From: Candidatus Daviesbacteria bacterium RIFCSPHIGHO2_02_FULL_39_12
GTDB lineage: Bacteria; Patescibacteriota; Microgenomatia; Daviesbacterales; UBA10151
Reading direction: 5' to 3'
Assembly (NCBI GenBank): GCA_001777055.1
Contig: MFCX01000036.1
Span: forward strand, 1-46,903
Length of the DNA stretch: 46,903 bases
Shown: positions 1-7,534 of the stretch, in pieces
Position numbering within the stretch: the first letter of the stretch is position 1
How the letters are laid out: the number at the start of each line of letters is the position of its first letter
Program-made: the position numbers and the translations under genes
Notes under the pieces: generated by a model
What the model was told of the DNA's origin: nothing
What the model saw: only the letters and a program-made list of their open reading frames with translations
Databases searched by the model: none

Positions 1-1347
1 ACCTAAAATTTGCAAAGGCGTTGTTAAAACAAACCCTTGTCCAATAACCATATGTAAAGTATCACCCGGATACCAACCTTGACTCAAGGTTTTTCTTTTC
101 CAGGTATCGTTGGGTATCAAACCGCTTTCTTCCCCCGGTAAATCTATATCCAGCTTCCCTCCTAATTTTAATTTCTTTGCCCATTCTTCCAGGGCATTTT
201 CTCCAATTAACCTGCCTACTGAATAAAAATAGGTATCGTTTGATCTTTGCAGAGCCTTATTTAGATTCACCAACCCTTCTGTTTTACCATATTGATTAAA
301 ATACCAGTTGGTAAATTTATAAGGACCTAAAAACGTCACGCCGTTATCTTCAAAAACAGTGTCCGGCTTAATCTTGCCGGAAACCAAACCAGCCAAAGCG
401 GAAACAATCTTGAAAGTTGAACCCGGAGGATAAGTTCCGGCAATGACCCTATTTAACAAAGGCGAGAAACTTTGTGAAAAAATATCAGAAATTGCAGTAT
501 CATCTATATTTTGGACAATAATATTCGGGTCAAAAGAGGGCAAAGACAGTAGCGCCAAAACCTGACCGGTATTAGGATCCATCGCCACTGCTGCTCCGCA
601 ACAACTGCCTGTTTTACTAATAGTTTGAGTCAGTTGCTCATAAATTTTATCCTGCAAGTCGGCATCCAAAGTCAAGGTTATATTCTGACCGGGAACTGGC
701 GCTATTTGCCTTAAAGTTCTGATTTTTCTGCCTGATGAATCAACTTCAATAATCTCTCCGCCGTCTATACCGCGCAAAACTTCTTCATAGGTCGCTTCTA
801 TACCGGATTGTCCTATCATATCTCCGGGACGATAATTTTTAAACTGCAAGGCATTCAACTGAGCGCCGGAAACCTCTCCCACATAACCTACTACGTGAGC
901 CAATTTTTCTCCCATCGGATAAGAACGAACATTATCAATTTCTAAGCTGACAACCCGGGGGTCGTTTTTCACTTCCATTGCTAAAGATTCCTCGCGGCTA
1001 ATCAATCTAAATTTCTTACTTTGAGGGTCTAATAACCTGAAGGCCGGTAAATTAAATGCCAATATTTTGCCGTTCCTGTCAAAGATGACCCCCCGGGGAG
1101 CATGTATCATCTTGATTTGAATACGGTTACCGTCAGCCAAATCCCTATTGGTTTTTCCTTCCGCAATCTGCAGATGAAAAAGGCGCAAAAACAATATGAA
1201 AAACAAAATTAAACAAAAGACTTGAAAGACCGCTATTCTCCAGGGACTTTTGGTAAAGTGATTACCGAAGCTTGAATCAAAATTAGGCAAAAGAAAATCT
1301 GTCCAGTCGATTTCTCTATTTAATTTCTTTTCTTTCTCATGATACAT
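1..1347 (-). CDS. mrdA: Penicillin-binding protein 2 / peptidoglycan D,D-transpeptidase, 3' end cut by the window edge
   Basis: Hand translation of minus strand: MYHEKEKKLNREIDW..WRIAVFQVFCLILFFILFLRLFHLQIAEGKTNRDLADGNRIQIKMIHAPRGVIFDRNGKILA..GTYPPGSTFKIVSALAG (SxxK motif). ATG at 1347 overlaps the mreD stop (TAATG). Follows mreC-mreD. Confidence 0.85.
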   Translation of the reverse strand, partial: MYHEKEKKLNREIDWTDFLLPNFDSSFGNHFTKSPWRIAVFQVFCLILFFILFLRLFHLQIAEGKTNRDLADGNRIQIKMIHAPRGVIFDRNGKILAFNLPAFRLLDPQSKKFRLISREESLAMEVKNDPRVVSLEIDNVRSYPMGEKLAHVVGYVGEVSGAQLNALQFKNYRPGDMIGQSGIEATYEEVLRGIDGGEIIEVDSSGRKIRTLRQIAPVPGQNITLTLDADLQDKIYEQLTQTISKTGSCCGAAVAMDPNTGQVLALLSLPSFDPNIIVQNIDDTAISDIFSQSFSPLLNRVIAGTYPPGSTFKIVSALAGLVSGKIKPDTVFEDNGVTFLGPYKFTNWYFNQYGKTEGLVNLNKALQRSNDTYFYSVGRLIGENALEEWAKKLKLGGKLDIDLPGEESGLIPNDTWKRKTLSQGWYPGDTLHMVIGQGFVLTTPLQILG

Positions 1348-1793
1348 TATATTTTTAGTCTGATGTCTTTATGAACAATAAAACGTTCTTCCCATAGTCT
1401 AACTAAATATAAAATTGGTAAGGCTGCTAAACTCTCCCAAAAAACTCTAGGAAAAATTTGAGGAGTTTGCTGCAAAAATAATGAGATCGTCTGTTGATAT
1501 AAAACCAACAGGATTAGGCTTAAAGGCGCTATCAATAATAAATTACCAGCTAGTCTGAATTTAGATAAAGTTTGGGTTGTCTGAATCAAAATTAAGTAAA
1601 ATAGGCTGTTTAACCCCAAAGGAAGTAAGTTTAAATGGGAATCAAACAACCCAAAAGAAAAGGCCAGGAAAAGATTTGCCCTATCCAATTTAATGAAACT
1701 TCTGCAAATTAGAATAATCAGGACTAAATTTATAGGTAAAATAGTAGACTGCAAAAAAGATGCAATTATTAAGATGGCAATTAAAGTCTTCAT
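1347..1793 (-). CDS. mreD: Rod shape-determining protein MreD (polytopic membrane protein)
   Basis: 148-aa very hydrophobic ORF directly after mreC and overlapping the mrdA start. Position and composition fit MreD. Confidence 0.65.
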   Translation of the reverse strand: MKTLIAILIIASFLQSTILPINLVLIILICRSFIKLDRANLFLAFSFGLFDSHLNLLPLGLNSLFYLILIQTTQTLSKFRLAGNLLLIAPLSLILLVLYQQTISLFLQQTPQIFPRVFWESLAALPILYLVRLWEERFIVHKDIRLKI

Positions 1794-1803
1794 AACTTTT
1801 AAC

Positions 1804-2592
1804 TTATTCCTGTATCACGTACACCAGTTCTAAATCTCTGATATCAAAATTGGCAACAATTTTTGCTTGTTTGAAAACCTGAGTTGCCTGCTCCAAAACT
1901 TTATCTACCCTGCCTAAAATTAAACCCCGTGGCAGGAAAGTTTCAGTCCCTTCTGAATAGACTAAATCTCCCTCATTAATTTTTTCTTCCTGTAGTATTT
2001 TATCAAGTAAAATATCCGCTCCGAATTGCCCCAGTAATATTCCTTTTGCTTTCCCCAAAAGCCCCTGAGAGAAAGCAGCTACCTTGGAATCAGGATCTGT
2101 CAGAAGCTGCACATTAGCGCTTTTTTCTCCCGCCTGAACAATTTTGCCAACAAAGTTATCGTTATAAACTACTGCTGTGCCAACTTTGACACCTGAACTT
2201 GAACCTCTGTCAATTTTAAGATATCTACTAAGTCCAACCGGACGGGCAGGCAATAAATTATAGTTTGCAGGGTCCAAATACTTTTGCTGAGTTAGTTGGC
2301 TTTGCGCCTCAGCCAGTTCTTTTCTTATTCTGGCATTCTCGGATAATAATTGACCAATCTGTCCCTTGAGCGCCTTATTCTCTTGTGAGGCCGAACGTAA
2401 AGCCACGATGAAAAAAAGCTGTTTATCAATGTTTCTTCCGGTTTGATACAACCCAAAAGATATTGGGTTGGTTGCAAAAGACAACATTGACTTAGGTAAG
2501 TTTAAGAAATTAAGTAAATCCGCTGCTAAAATTAAGGATGAAAAAATGATTAAAATAATGAGGAGCTTGAGGTTAGGGAAGACTTGATCCAT
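1804..2592 (-). CDS. mreC: Rod shape-determining protein MreC
   Basis: N-terminal TM, coiled-coil (LKGQIGQLLSENARIRKELAEAQSQL), then beta-rich domain (GSSSGVKVGTAVV..GKIVQAG..ANVQLLTDPDSKVAA). Sits in the mreC-mreD-mrdA order. Confidence 0.85.
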   Translation of the reverse strand: MDQVFPNLKLLIILIIFSSLILAADLLNFLNLPKSMLSFATNPISFGLYQTGRNIDKQLFFIVALRSASQENKALKGQIGQLLSENARIRKELAEAQSQLTQQKYLDPANYNLLPARPVGLSRYLKIDRGSSSGVKVGTAVVYNDNFVGKIVQAGEKSANVQLLTDPDSKVAAFSQGLLGKAKGILLGQFGADILLDKILQEEKINEGDLVYSEGTETFLPRGLILGRVDKVLEQATQVFKQAKIVANFDIRDLELVYVIQE

Positions 2593-2618
2593 CGCCGAAA
2601 CAATATATCATAGGTATT

Positions 2619-2655
2619 TCGTCATTGCGAGCCCGAAGGGTGTGGCCCTCGTCAG
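2619..2655 (+). repeat. Copy of the CGTCATTGCGAG short dispersed element
   Basis: tcgtcattgcgag at 2619-2631 followed by cccgaagggtgtggccctcg. The same 12-13-mer recurs at 3449-3461 and 36134-36146, and as reverse complement at 27809-27819. Confidence 0.6.
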
Positions 2656-2698
2656 TTGCAAAGCTTGGCGGGTTTGGGTATATTTATGGGAGTAATGT

Positions 2699-3493
2699 AT
2701 GGCAAGCTTTAAAGATAAATTAAAAGTTAAATGGAACGAGAATAAATTTGTTTGCATTGGTTTGGACAAGGGAGAATTTGAATTTAATAAACAAATTATT
2801 GACCAAACAGCCCAACTTATTTGTGCTTACAAACTTAATAGCGCTTTTTATGAAGCTGAGGGATTAACAGGCAGAACAGCTTTGGAGAAAACTGTTAAGT
2901 ATATTCAAAACCAATATCCTGATGCCGTATTGATTTTTGATGCTAAAAGAGCAGACATTGACAATAGCAACCGAGGTTATGTTAAGGATATTTTTGATAA
3001 TTTAAATTTTGATGCTGTCACAGTTCATCCTTATTTAGGTAAAGAAGCAATGCAGCCATTTTTGAAAAGAGTGGATAAAGGTATTATTGTTTTGGTTAAA
3101 ACTTCAAATCCAGGTGCAGAAGAATTTCAGGATTTAATAGTAAGCTCCCAAAATATCCCTTTATATCAATATATTGCCTCAAAAGTAGCAAATGAGTGGA
3201 ATAAAAATGGAAACTGTGCAGTTGTGGTTGGAGCAACTTATCAAAAGGATCTTAAGATAATCAGAAAAATTGTGTCTGACATGCCAATTCTTGTACCGGG
3301 TATCGGCGCTCAAAACGGAGCCTTAGAAGAAACCTTAAAAAATGGTTTGGATAGTAATAAACAAGGTTTAATTATTTCCTCCTCAAGAGGAATCATTTTT
3401 GCCCAAAATCCCAAGGAAGCCACTTTAAAACTGCATCAGAAAATAGTATCGTCATTGCGAGCTATAGTCCTTCAAAGCGGGAGAATGAAATGA
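2699..3493 (+). CDS. pyrF: Orotidine 5'-phosphate decarboxylase (type 2)
   Basis: FVCIGLD, AYKLNSAFYE, IFDAKRADIDNSN, AVTVHPYLG and VLVKTSNPG motifs typical of long-form PyrF. The last ~15 codons run through a CGTCATTGCGAG element. Confidence 0.85.
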   Translation: MASFKDKLKVKWNENKFVCIGLDKGEFEFNKQIIDQTAQLICAYKLNSAFYEAEGLTGRTALEKTVKYIQNQYPDAVLIFDAKRADIDNSNRGYVKDIFDNLNFDAVTVHPYLGKEAMQPFLKRVDKGIIVLVKTSNPGAEEFQDLIVSSQNIPLYQYIASKVANEWNKNGNCAVVVGATYQKDLKIIRKIVSDMPILVPGIGAQNGALEETLKNGLDSNKQGLIISSSRGIIFAQNPKEATLKLHQKIVSSLRAIVLQSGRMK

Positions 3494-3528
3494 TGAAGTA
3501 ATCTGTTTAATGTAATAGAAAAGAAAAT

Positions 3529-4176
3529 ATGATTAATACATCACAAAAAGTAGCCCGAATACTCCTGGAACTTAGTGCTATTAGCTTAAACCTCAAAAAA
3601 CCCTACCGTTATGTTTCCGGTATGTTTTCCCCTGTTTATACAGATTGCCGGGTACTCATGGCTTATCCTGATAAACGCAAACTAATTAGAGATCTTTATA
3701 TAAATGCAGTTAAAAAATCCGGTATTGCCTTTGATGTTGTTGCCGGCACGGCTACAGCCGGCATACCTCATGCTGCCTGGATTGCCGATAAGTTAAACCT
3801 GCCAATGGTGTATGTTCGGGATAAAGCCAAGGATCATGGTAAGGAAAACATGATGGAGGGGATAATTAAAAAAGGACAGAAAGCTGTGGTAATTGAAGAT
3901 TTGGTTTCAACCGGAGAAAGTGCTATTAACAGCGTCAATGCTATAAGAGCTGCCGGCGGACAAGTCTCTGCTGTTTTCTCCATCATCACTTACGGCTTGG
4001 CAGCAGCTGATAAAAATTTAGCTGAAAACGATCTTAAATTAGTCTCTTTGACAGATTTTAACCAGGTAGTCGCTGAAGCTCAAATTATAAACCAAATTAC
4101 CAAAGAAGAAGTGTCAGCAATTTTAGATTGGGCTAAGAATCCTCAAGCTTGGGGGAAAAATTTAGGGCTTGAATAA
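3529..4176 (+). CDS. pyrE: Orotate phosphoribosyltransferase
   Basis: YVSGMFSPVYTDCR and the PRPP-binding motif VVIEDLVSTGES. In pyr gene context. Confidence 0.85.
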   Translation: MINTSQKVARILLELSAISLNLKKPYRYVSGMFSPVYTDCRVLMAYPDKRKLIRDLYINAVKKSGIAFDVVAGTATAGIPHAAWIADKLNLPMVYVRDKAKDHGKENMMEGIIKKGQKAVVIEDLVSTGESAINSVNAIRAAGGQVSAVFSIITYGLAAADKNLAENDLKLVSLTDFNQVVAEAQIINQITKEEVSAILDWAKNPQAWGKNLGLE

Positions 4177-5237
4177 TGATCAAATTGCCTGGACTGATTG
4201 ATACTCATGTACACTTAAGAGAACCCGGTGCCGCTCAAAAAGAAGACTTTGAAACAGGCACCAAAGCAGCTATTGCCGGAGGCTACACTACTATCCTGGA
4301 CATGCCTAATAACCCGGAACCTACTGTTACGCTGAACACCTTAGAGAAGAAGATAACACTTACAAAATCCAGAATTTATTGTGATTTGGGTTTTCATTTT
4401 GGAGCCACTTTAGACTCAGTTGCTTACTTTCCAAAAGTAAAAGATAAAGTCTTCGGGCTGAAAGTTTACATGAACCATACCACAGGCGGCTTACTGCAGG
4501 AAAATCCTCAAGTTTTAAAAAAGATCTTTGAGGCCTGGCTAAACGATAGGGTAATTATGGTCCATGCCGAGGGCCCATCCTTAGAAAAAGCTATAAGTCT
4601 GTCTAAACAATTTAACAGCAAACTGCACGTTTGCCACGTCAGTTTAGCAGAGGAAATAAGATTGATAAAACAGGCTAAAGATCAAAGATTGAGTATAACT
4701 TGCGAAGTGTCCGGGCACCATCTATTTTTGACGGATGAAGATTTAGGAAGATTGGAGGGATTTGGGAAAATGAGACCTCCCCTGCCTTCAAAAAAAGATC
4801 AGAAAGCTTTATGGGAAGCAATTGCAGATGGCACAATTGATACTATAGCCTCAGATCATGCTCCTCATACAAAAGAGGAGAAAAGTAGCAATAACCCGCC
4901 AAACGGAGTTCCGGGTTTAGAAACTACCCTGCCCTTACTTTTAACAGCAGTCAGTGAGGGCAGATTAATCATAGATGACATCATCCGTCTTTGCCACACC
5001 AACCCTAAAAGGATTTTTAATATTCCGGACCAGCCGGACACTTATGTAGAAGTTGATCCAACTATACGCTATACACTATACGCTATACGCTTATACACCA
5101 AATGCTCCTGGACTCCTTTTGAAGGCATGAAAGTTATAGGAAAAATCAAACGGGTAGTTTTAAGAGGAAATTTAGTGTATGATAATGGGCAAGTTTCAGA
5201 CCCACCAAAAGGACAGGTGATCTATCCAAAGAAATGA
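4176..5237 (+). CDS. pyrC: Dihydroorotase
   Basis: DTHVHLREPG metal-binding motif, VHAEG, ASDHAPH. Start overlaps the pyrE stop. Carries an in-frame heptamer-array insert (TIRYTLYAIRLYT). Confidence 0.85.
   Translation: MIKLPGLIDTHVHLREPGAAQKEDFETGTKAAIAGGYTTILDMPNNPEPTVTLNTLEKKITLTKSRIYCDLGFHFGATLDSVAYFPKVKDKVFGLKVYMNHTTGGLLQENPQVLKKIFEAWLNDRVIMVHAEGPSLEKAISLSKQFNSKLHVCHVSLAEEIRLIKQAKDQRLSITCEVSGHHLFLTDEDLGRLEGFGKMRPPLPSKKDQKALWEAIADGTIDTIASDHAPHTKEEKSSNNPPNGVPGLETTLPLLLTAVSEGRLIIDDIIRLCHTNPKRIFNIPDQPDTYVEVDPTIRYTLYAIRLYTKCSWTPFEGMKVIGKIKRVVLRGNLVYDNGQVSDPPKGQVIYPKK
5062..5098 (+). repeat. Heptamer-periodic array (ctatacg family) inside pyrC
   Basis: ctatacg ctataca ctatacg ctatacg cttatac. 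Same unit as the array at 7493-7534. Confidence 0.85.
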
Positions 5238-6364
5238 GTACTAACCTACCGGATCCAAAAGAATTTGTAGACCCCAACCAGCCTCCTTTGATATATGAAA
5301 TTGAAAAAAGCTGGGAAGAGGTAATTTCTAAACCTCCTGTATGGCTTTCCCATAAATTCCCTCCGCTTCCAATTGAAGCAAAGTATGAATTTTTGGGGCA
5401 CAAGTTAATTTCCCCTATTGCCATTGCTGCAGGCCCGGCCTCCGGCAAAATTTGGACCGACTTTTATTTTAAAATGGGTTACGGAATGGTCATCCAAAAA
5501 ACCAGAAGAACAGTACCAAGACTATCTAATACGCAACCAAATATTGCCATTGTTTACCTTGACAAACCGGTGGAAGAAGACGGCTTGGGAGAAACTTTAG
5601 CAGCAAGTAACGATCCCAGAGACTTTGAAAAATATAAAAGCATGACCAATTCCTTTGGCAATCCTTCCTCTGATATTTTAACTTGGGCTAAGGAACTACC
5701 TGATCAAAGAAAGATAATGCAACCAGGTCAAATATTAGCATGCAGTGTGACTGCTACCACCCCGGATGAGGCTGCCCAAATAGTGGAAACTGCCTCTGAT
5801 TTACTAGTCGGAGCAACTGCTGCAGTTTTGGGAGGGGCTGATGTCATAGAATTTAATTTAGCTTGTCCCAATGTGACGGAAAATCCCCAGGAAGGCGAGA
5901 TGTTTCAAAATGTCAAGCTTGTTAAATATGTCTTATCAGAATTTAAAAGAAGGTTTCCTAAAATTCCTGTAGGCATCAAATTCGGAGTATACAATTCCAA
6001 AGAACAAATGAAAAAAGTGTTTGCCGAAGCAGGGGAAAATTTGAATTATGTCTCAGGGATTAATGCCTTGAAAATGACGGTCTTAACTCCTGATGGCAGT
6101 GAAATTTTACCCGGCAGGAAAACTTCCGGAGTCTGCGGCATTGCAGATCAAATAATTGCTCTAAAACATATCCGATGGGCAGCCCAAATCAGACAGGAAG
6201 AAGGATTAAAATATCAAATTTTAGGCGGAGGGGGAATTATAGAGCCTTCTGATGCAGATAGATACTTATCAACCGGCGCAGATATGGTCCAAGTGGCAAC
6301 CATAGCCTTAGCAGACCCCTTGCTTGCCTATAAATATAGATTAGGTCATCGTTTAGTAACTTAA
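5234..6364 (+). CDS. pyrD: Dihydroorotate dehydrogenase-like flavoprotein (class 1-like, with N-terminal extension)
   Basis: NLACPNV, PVGIKFG and GGGGI TIM-barrel FMN motifs. ATGA overlap with pyrC. Confidence 0.65.
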   Translation: MSTNLPDPKEFVDPNQPPLIYEIEKSWEEVISKPPVWLSHKFPPLPIEAKYEFLGHKLISPIAIAAGPASGKIWTDFYFKMGYGMVIQKTRRTVPRLSNTQPNIAIVYLDKPVEEDGLGETLAASNDPRDFEKYKSMTNSFGNPSSDILTWAKELPDQRKIMQPGQILACSVTATTPDEAAQIVETASDLLVGATAAVLGGADVIEFNLACPNVTENPQEGEMFQNVKLVKYVLSEFKRRFPKIPVGIKFGVYNSKEQMKKVFAEAGENLNYVSGINALKMTVLTPDGSEILPGRKTSGVCGIADQIIALKHIRWAAQIRQEEGLKYQILGGGGIIEPSDADRYLSTGADMVQVATIALADPLLAYKYRLGHRLVT

Positions 6365-7431
6365 TATTTACGTAGTCCGCCAGTCACTTTCACTTTGCCT
6401 AAAAGATCCAAATTATTTAAGACTTCTCCGCAACCTCTGACCACTGTGGTTAACGGATCATCTGCCACATAAATTGGCAGCTTTGTTTCTTCGGCAATCC
6501 TTTTATCCAGACCCGGGATTAACGCGCCGCCTCCGGCCAGAAAAATCCCTCTTTCCACTATATCTGTCAAAAGCTCAGGCGGAGTTTCTTCCAAGACTTC
6601 CTTAATAGTAGAAATAATTTGTGAAATGATGGAAGATAGAGCTTCTCTGATCTCTGAAGCAGAAATCTTTAAAGATTTTGGCAAGCCTGTAGCCAAATCT
6701 CTCCCCCTGACAACGGTTGCTTGAGAATCCATTTTATCCACCGGAAAAGCAGACCCAATTTCAATCTTTATATCTTCTGCGCTTTTTTCACCAATTAACA
6801 TGCCATATCTTGTCCGCATATAGGAAACAATGGCTTCATCAAGTTCGTCACCGGCTACTCTGAGAGATCTGTTAATAACCATTCCGCCTAAAGAAATTAC
6901 GGCGATTTCCGTGGTACCCCCCCCAATATCTACGATCATCACACCTTCCGGTTCTTCTACCGGCAATTTTGCCCCAATAGCCGCGGCCATTGGCTCTTCA
7001 ATCAAAAATGCCTCCCTGGCTCCGGCTGACAAGCAAGCATCCTGGACTGCCCTTCTTTCGACTTCAGTCACGCCTGAAGGAATACCTACGGCAACTCTTG
7101 GCTTGGGGATTTTTGGCAGAGACCACATACTTTTTGAAGGGTTGTTGTGAACTTTGCGTATAAAATATCGCAACATAGCCTCTGTAGTATCAAAATCAGA
7201 AATTACCCCGTTTCTTAAGGGCCTGACTGCTTCAATTGCAGCCGGAGTCCTACCCAGCATTCTCTTTGCTTCTGTGCCAATTGCCAAAATTTGCCTGGTT
7301 TTTCTGTGCAATGCTACTACGGTAGGTTCTCTGATAACTATACCTTTGTTTTTTACCAAAACCAGAGTATTAACTGTACCCAAATCAATACCAACGTCAT
7401 GAGCAAAATAGCTCCAAAACCTATTCAACAT
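6361..7431 (-). CDS. mreB: Rod shape-determining actin homologue MreB
   Basis: DVGIDLGTVNTLV, MIVDIGGGTTEIAVISLGG, FLAGGGALIPGLD: canonical MreB/actin-fold phosphate and adenosine motifs. Confidence 0.95.
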   Translation of the reverse strand: MLNRFWSYFAHDVGIDLGTVNTLVLVKNKGIVIREPTVVALHRKTRQILAIGTEAKRMLGRTPAAIEAVRPLRNGVISDFDTTEAMLRYFIRKVHNNPSKSMWSLPKIPKPRVAVGIPSGVTEVERRAVQDACLSAGAREAFLIEEPMAAAIGAKLPVEEPEGVMIVDIGGGTTEIAVISLGGMVINRSLRVAGDELDEAIVSYMRTRYGMLIGEKSAEDIKIEIGSAFPVDKMDSQATVVRGRDLATGLPKSLKISASEIREALSSIISQIISTIKEVLEETPPELLTDIVERGIFLAGGGALIPGLDKRIAEETKLPIYVADDPLTTVVRGCGEVLNNLDLLGKVKVTGGLRKY

Positions 7432-7492
7432 GAATGGAGTTTAACATATTAATCAGGGAATAGTTAAGTAGCGTTTAGGATTCAGTTGACAA

Positions 7493-7534
7493 CTATACGC
7501 TATACGCTATACGCTATACGCTATACGCTGTCTT
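7493..7534 (+). repeat. Tandem heptamer array (ctatacg)x5 plus one degenerate unit, abutting the start codon at 7535
   Basis: Five perfect ctatacg units at 7493-7527, then ctgtctt, then ATG. TTGACA lies at 7485-7490 immediately upstream. Confidence 0.9.

Noticed and set aside
5146-5600. ORFs 5146-5448 (minus) and 5418-5600 (plus)
   Set aside because: They overlap pyrC/pyrD in alternative frames, whereas pyrC and pyrD have clear catalytic motifs.
6830-7402. Plus-strand ORFs 6830-7150 and 7154-7402
   Set aside because: They lie entirely antisense to the strongly supported mreB gene, and their low-complexity Ser/Pro/Thr-rich translations are typical of shadow ORFs.
7493-7534. Possible CRISPR array or spacer-repeat structure
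   Set aside because: The units are contiguous 7-mers with no spacers. No repeat of CRISPR length or cas genes occur in the window.
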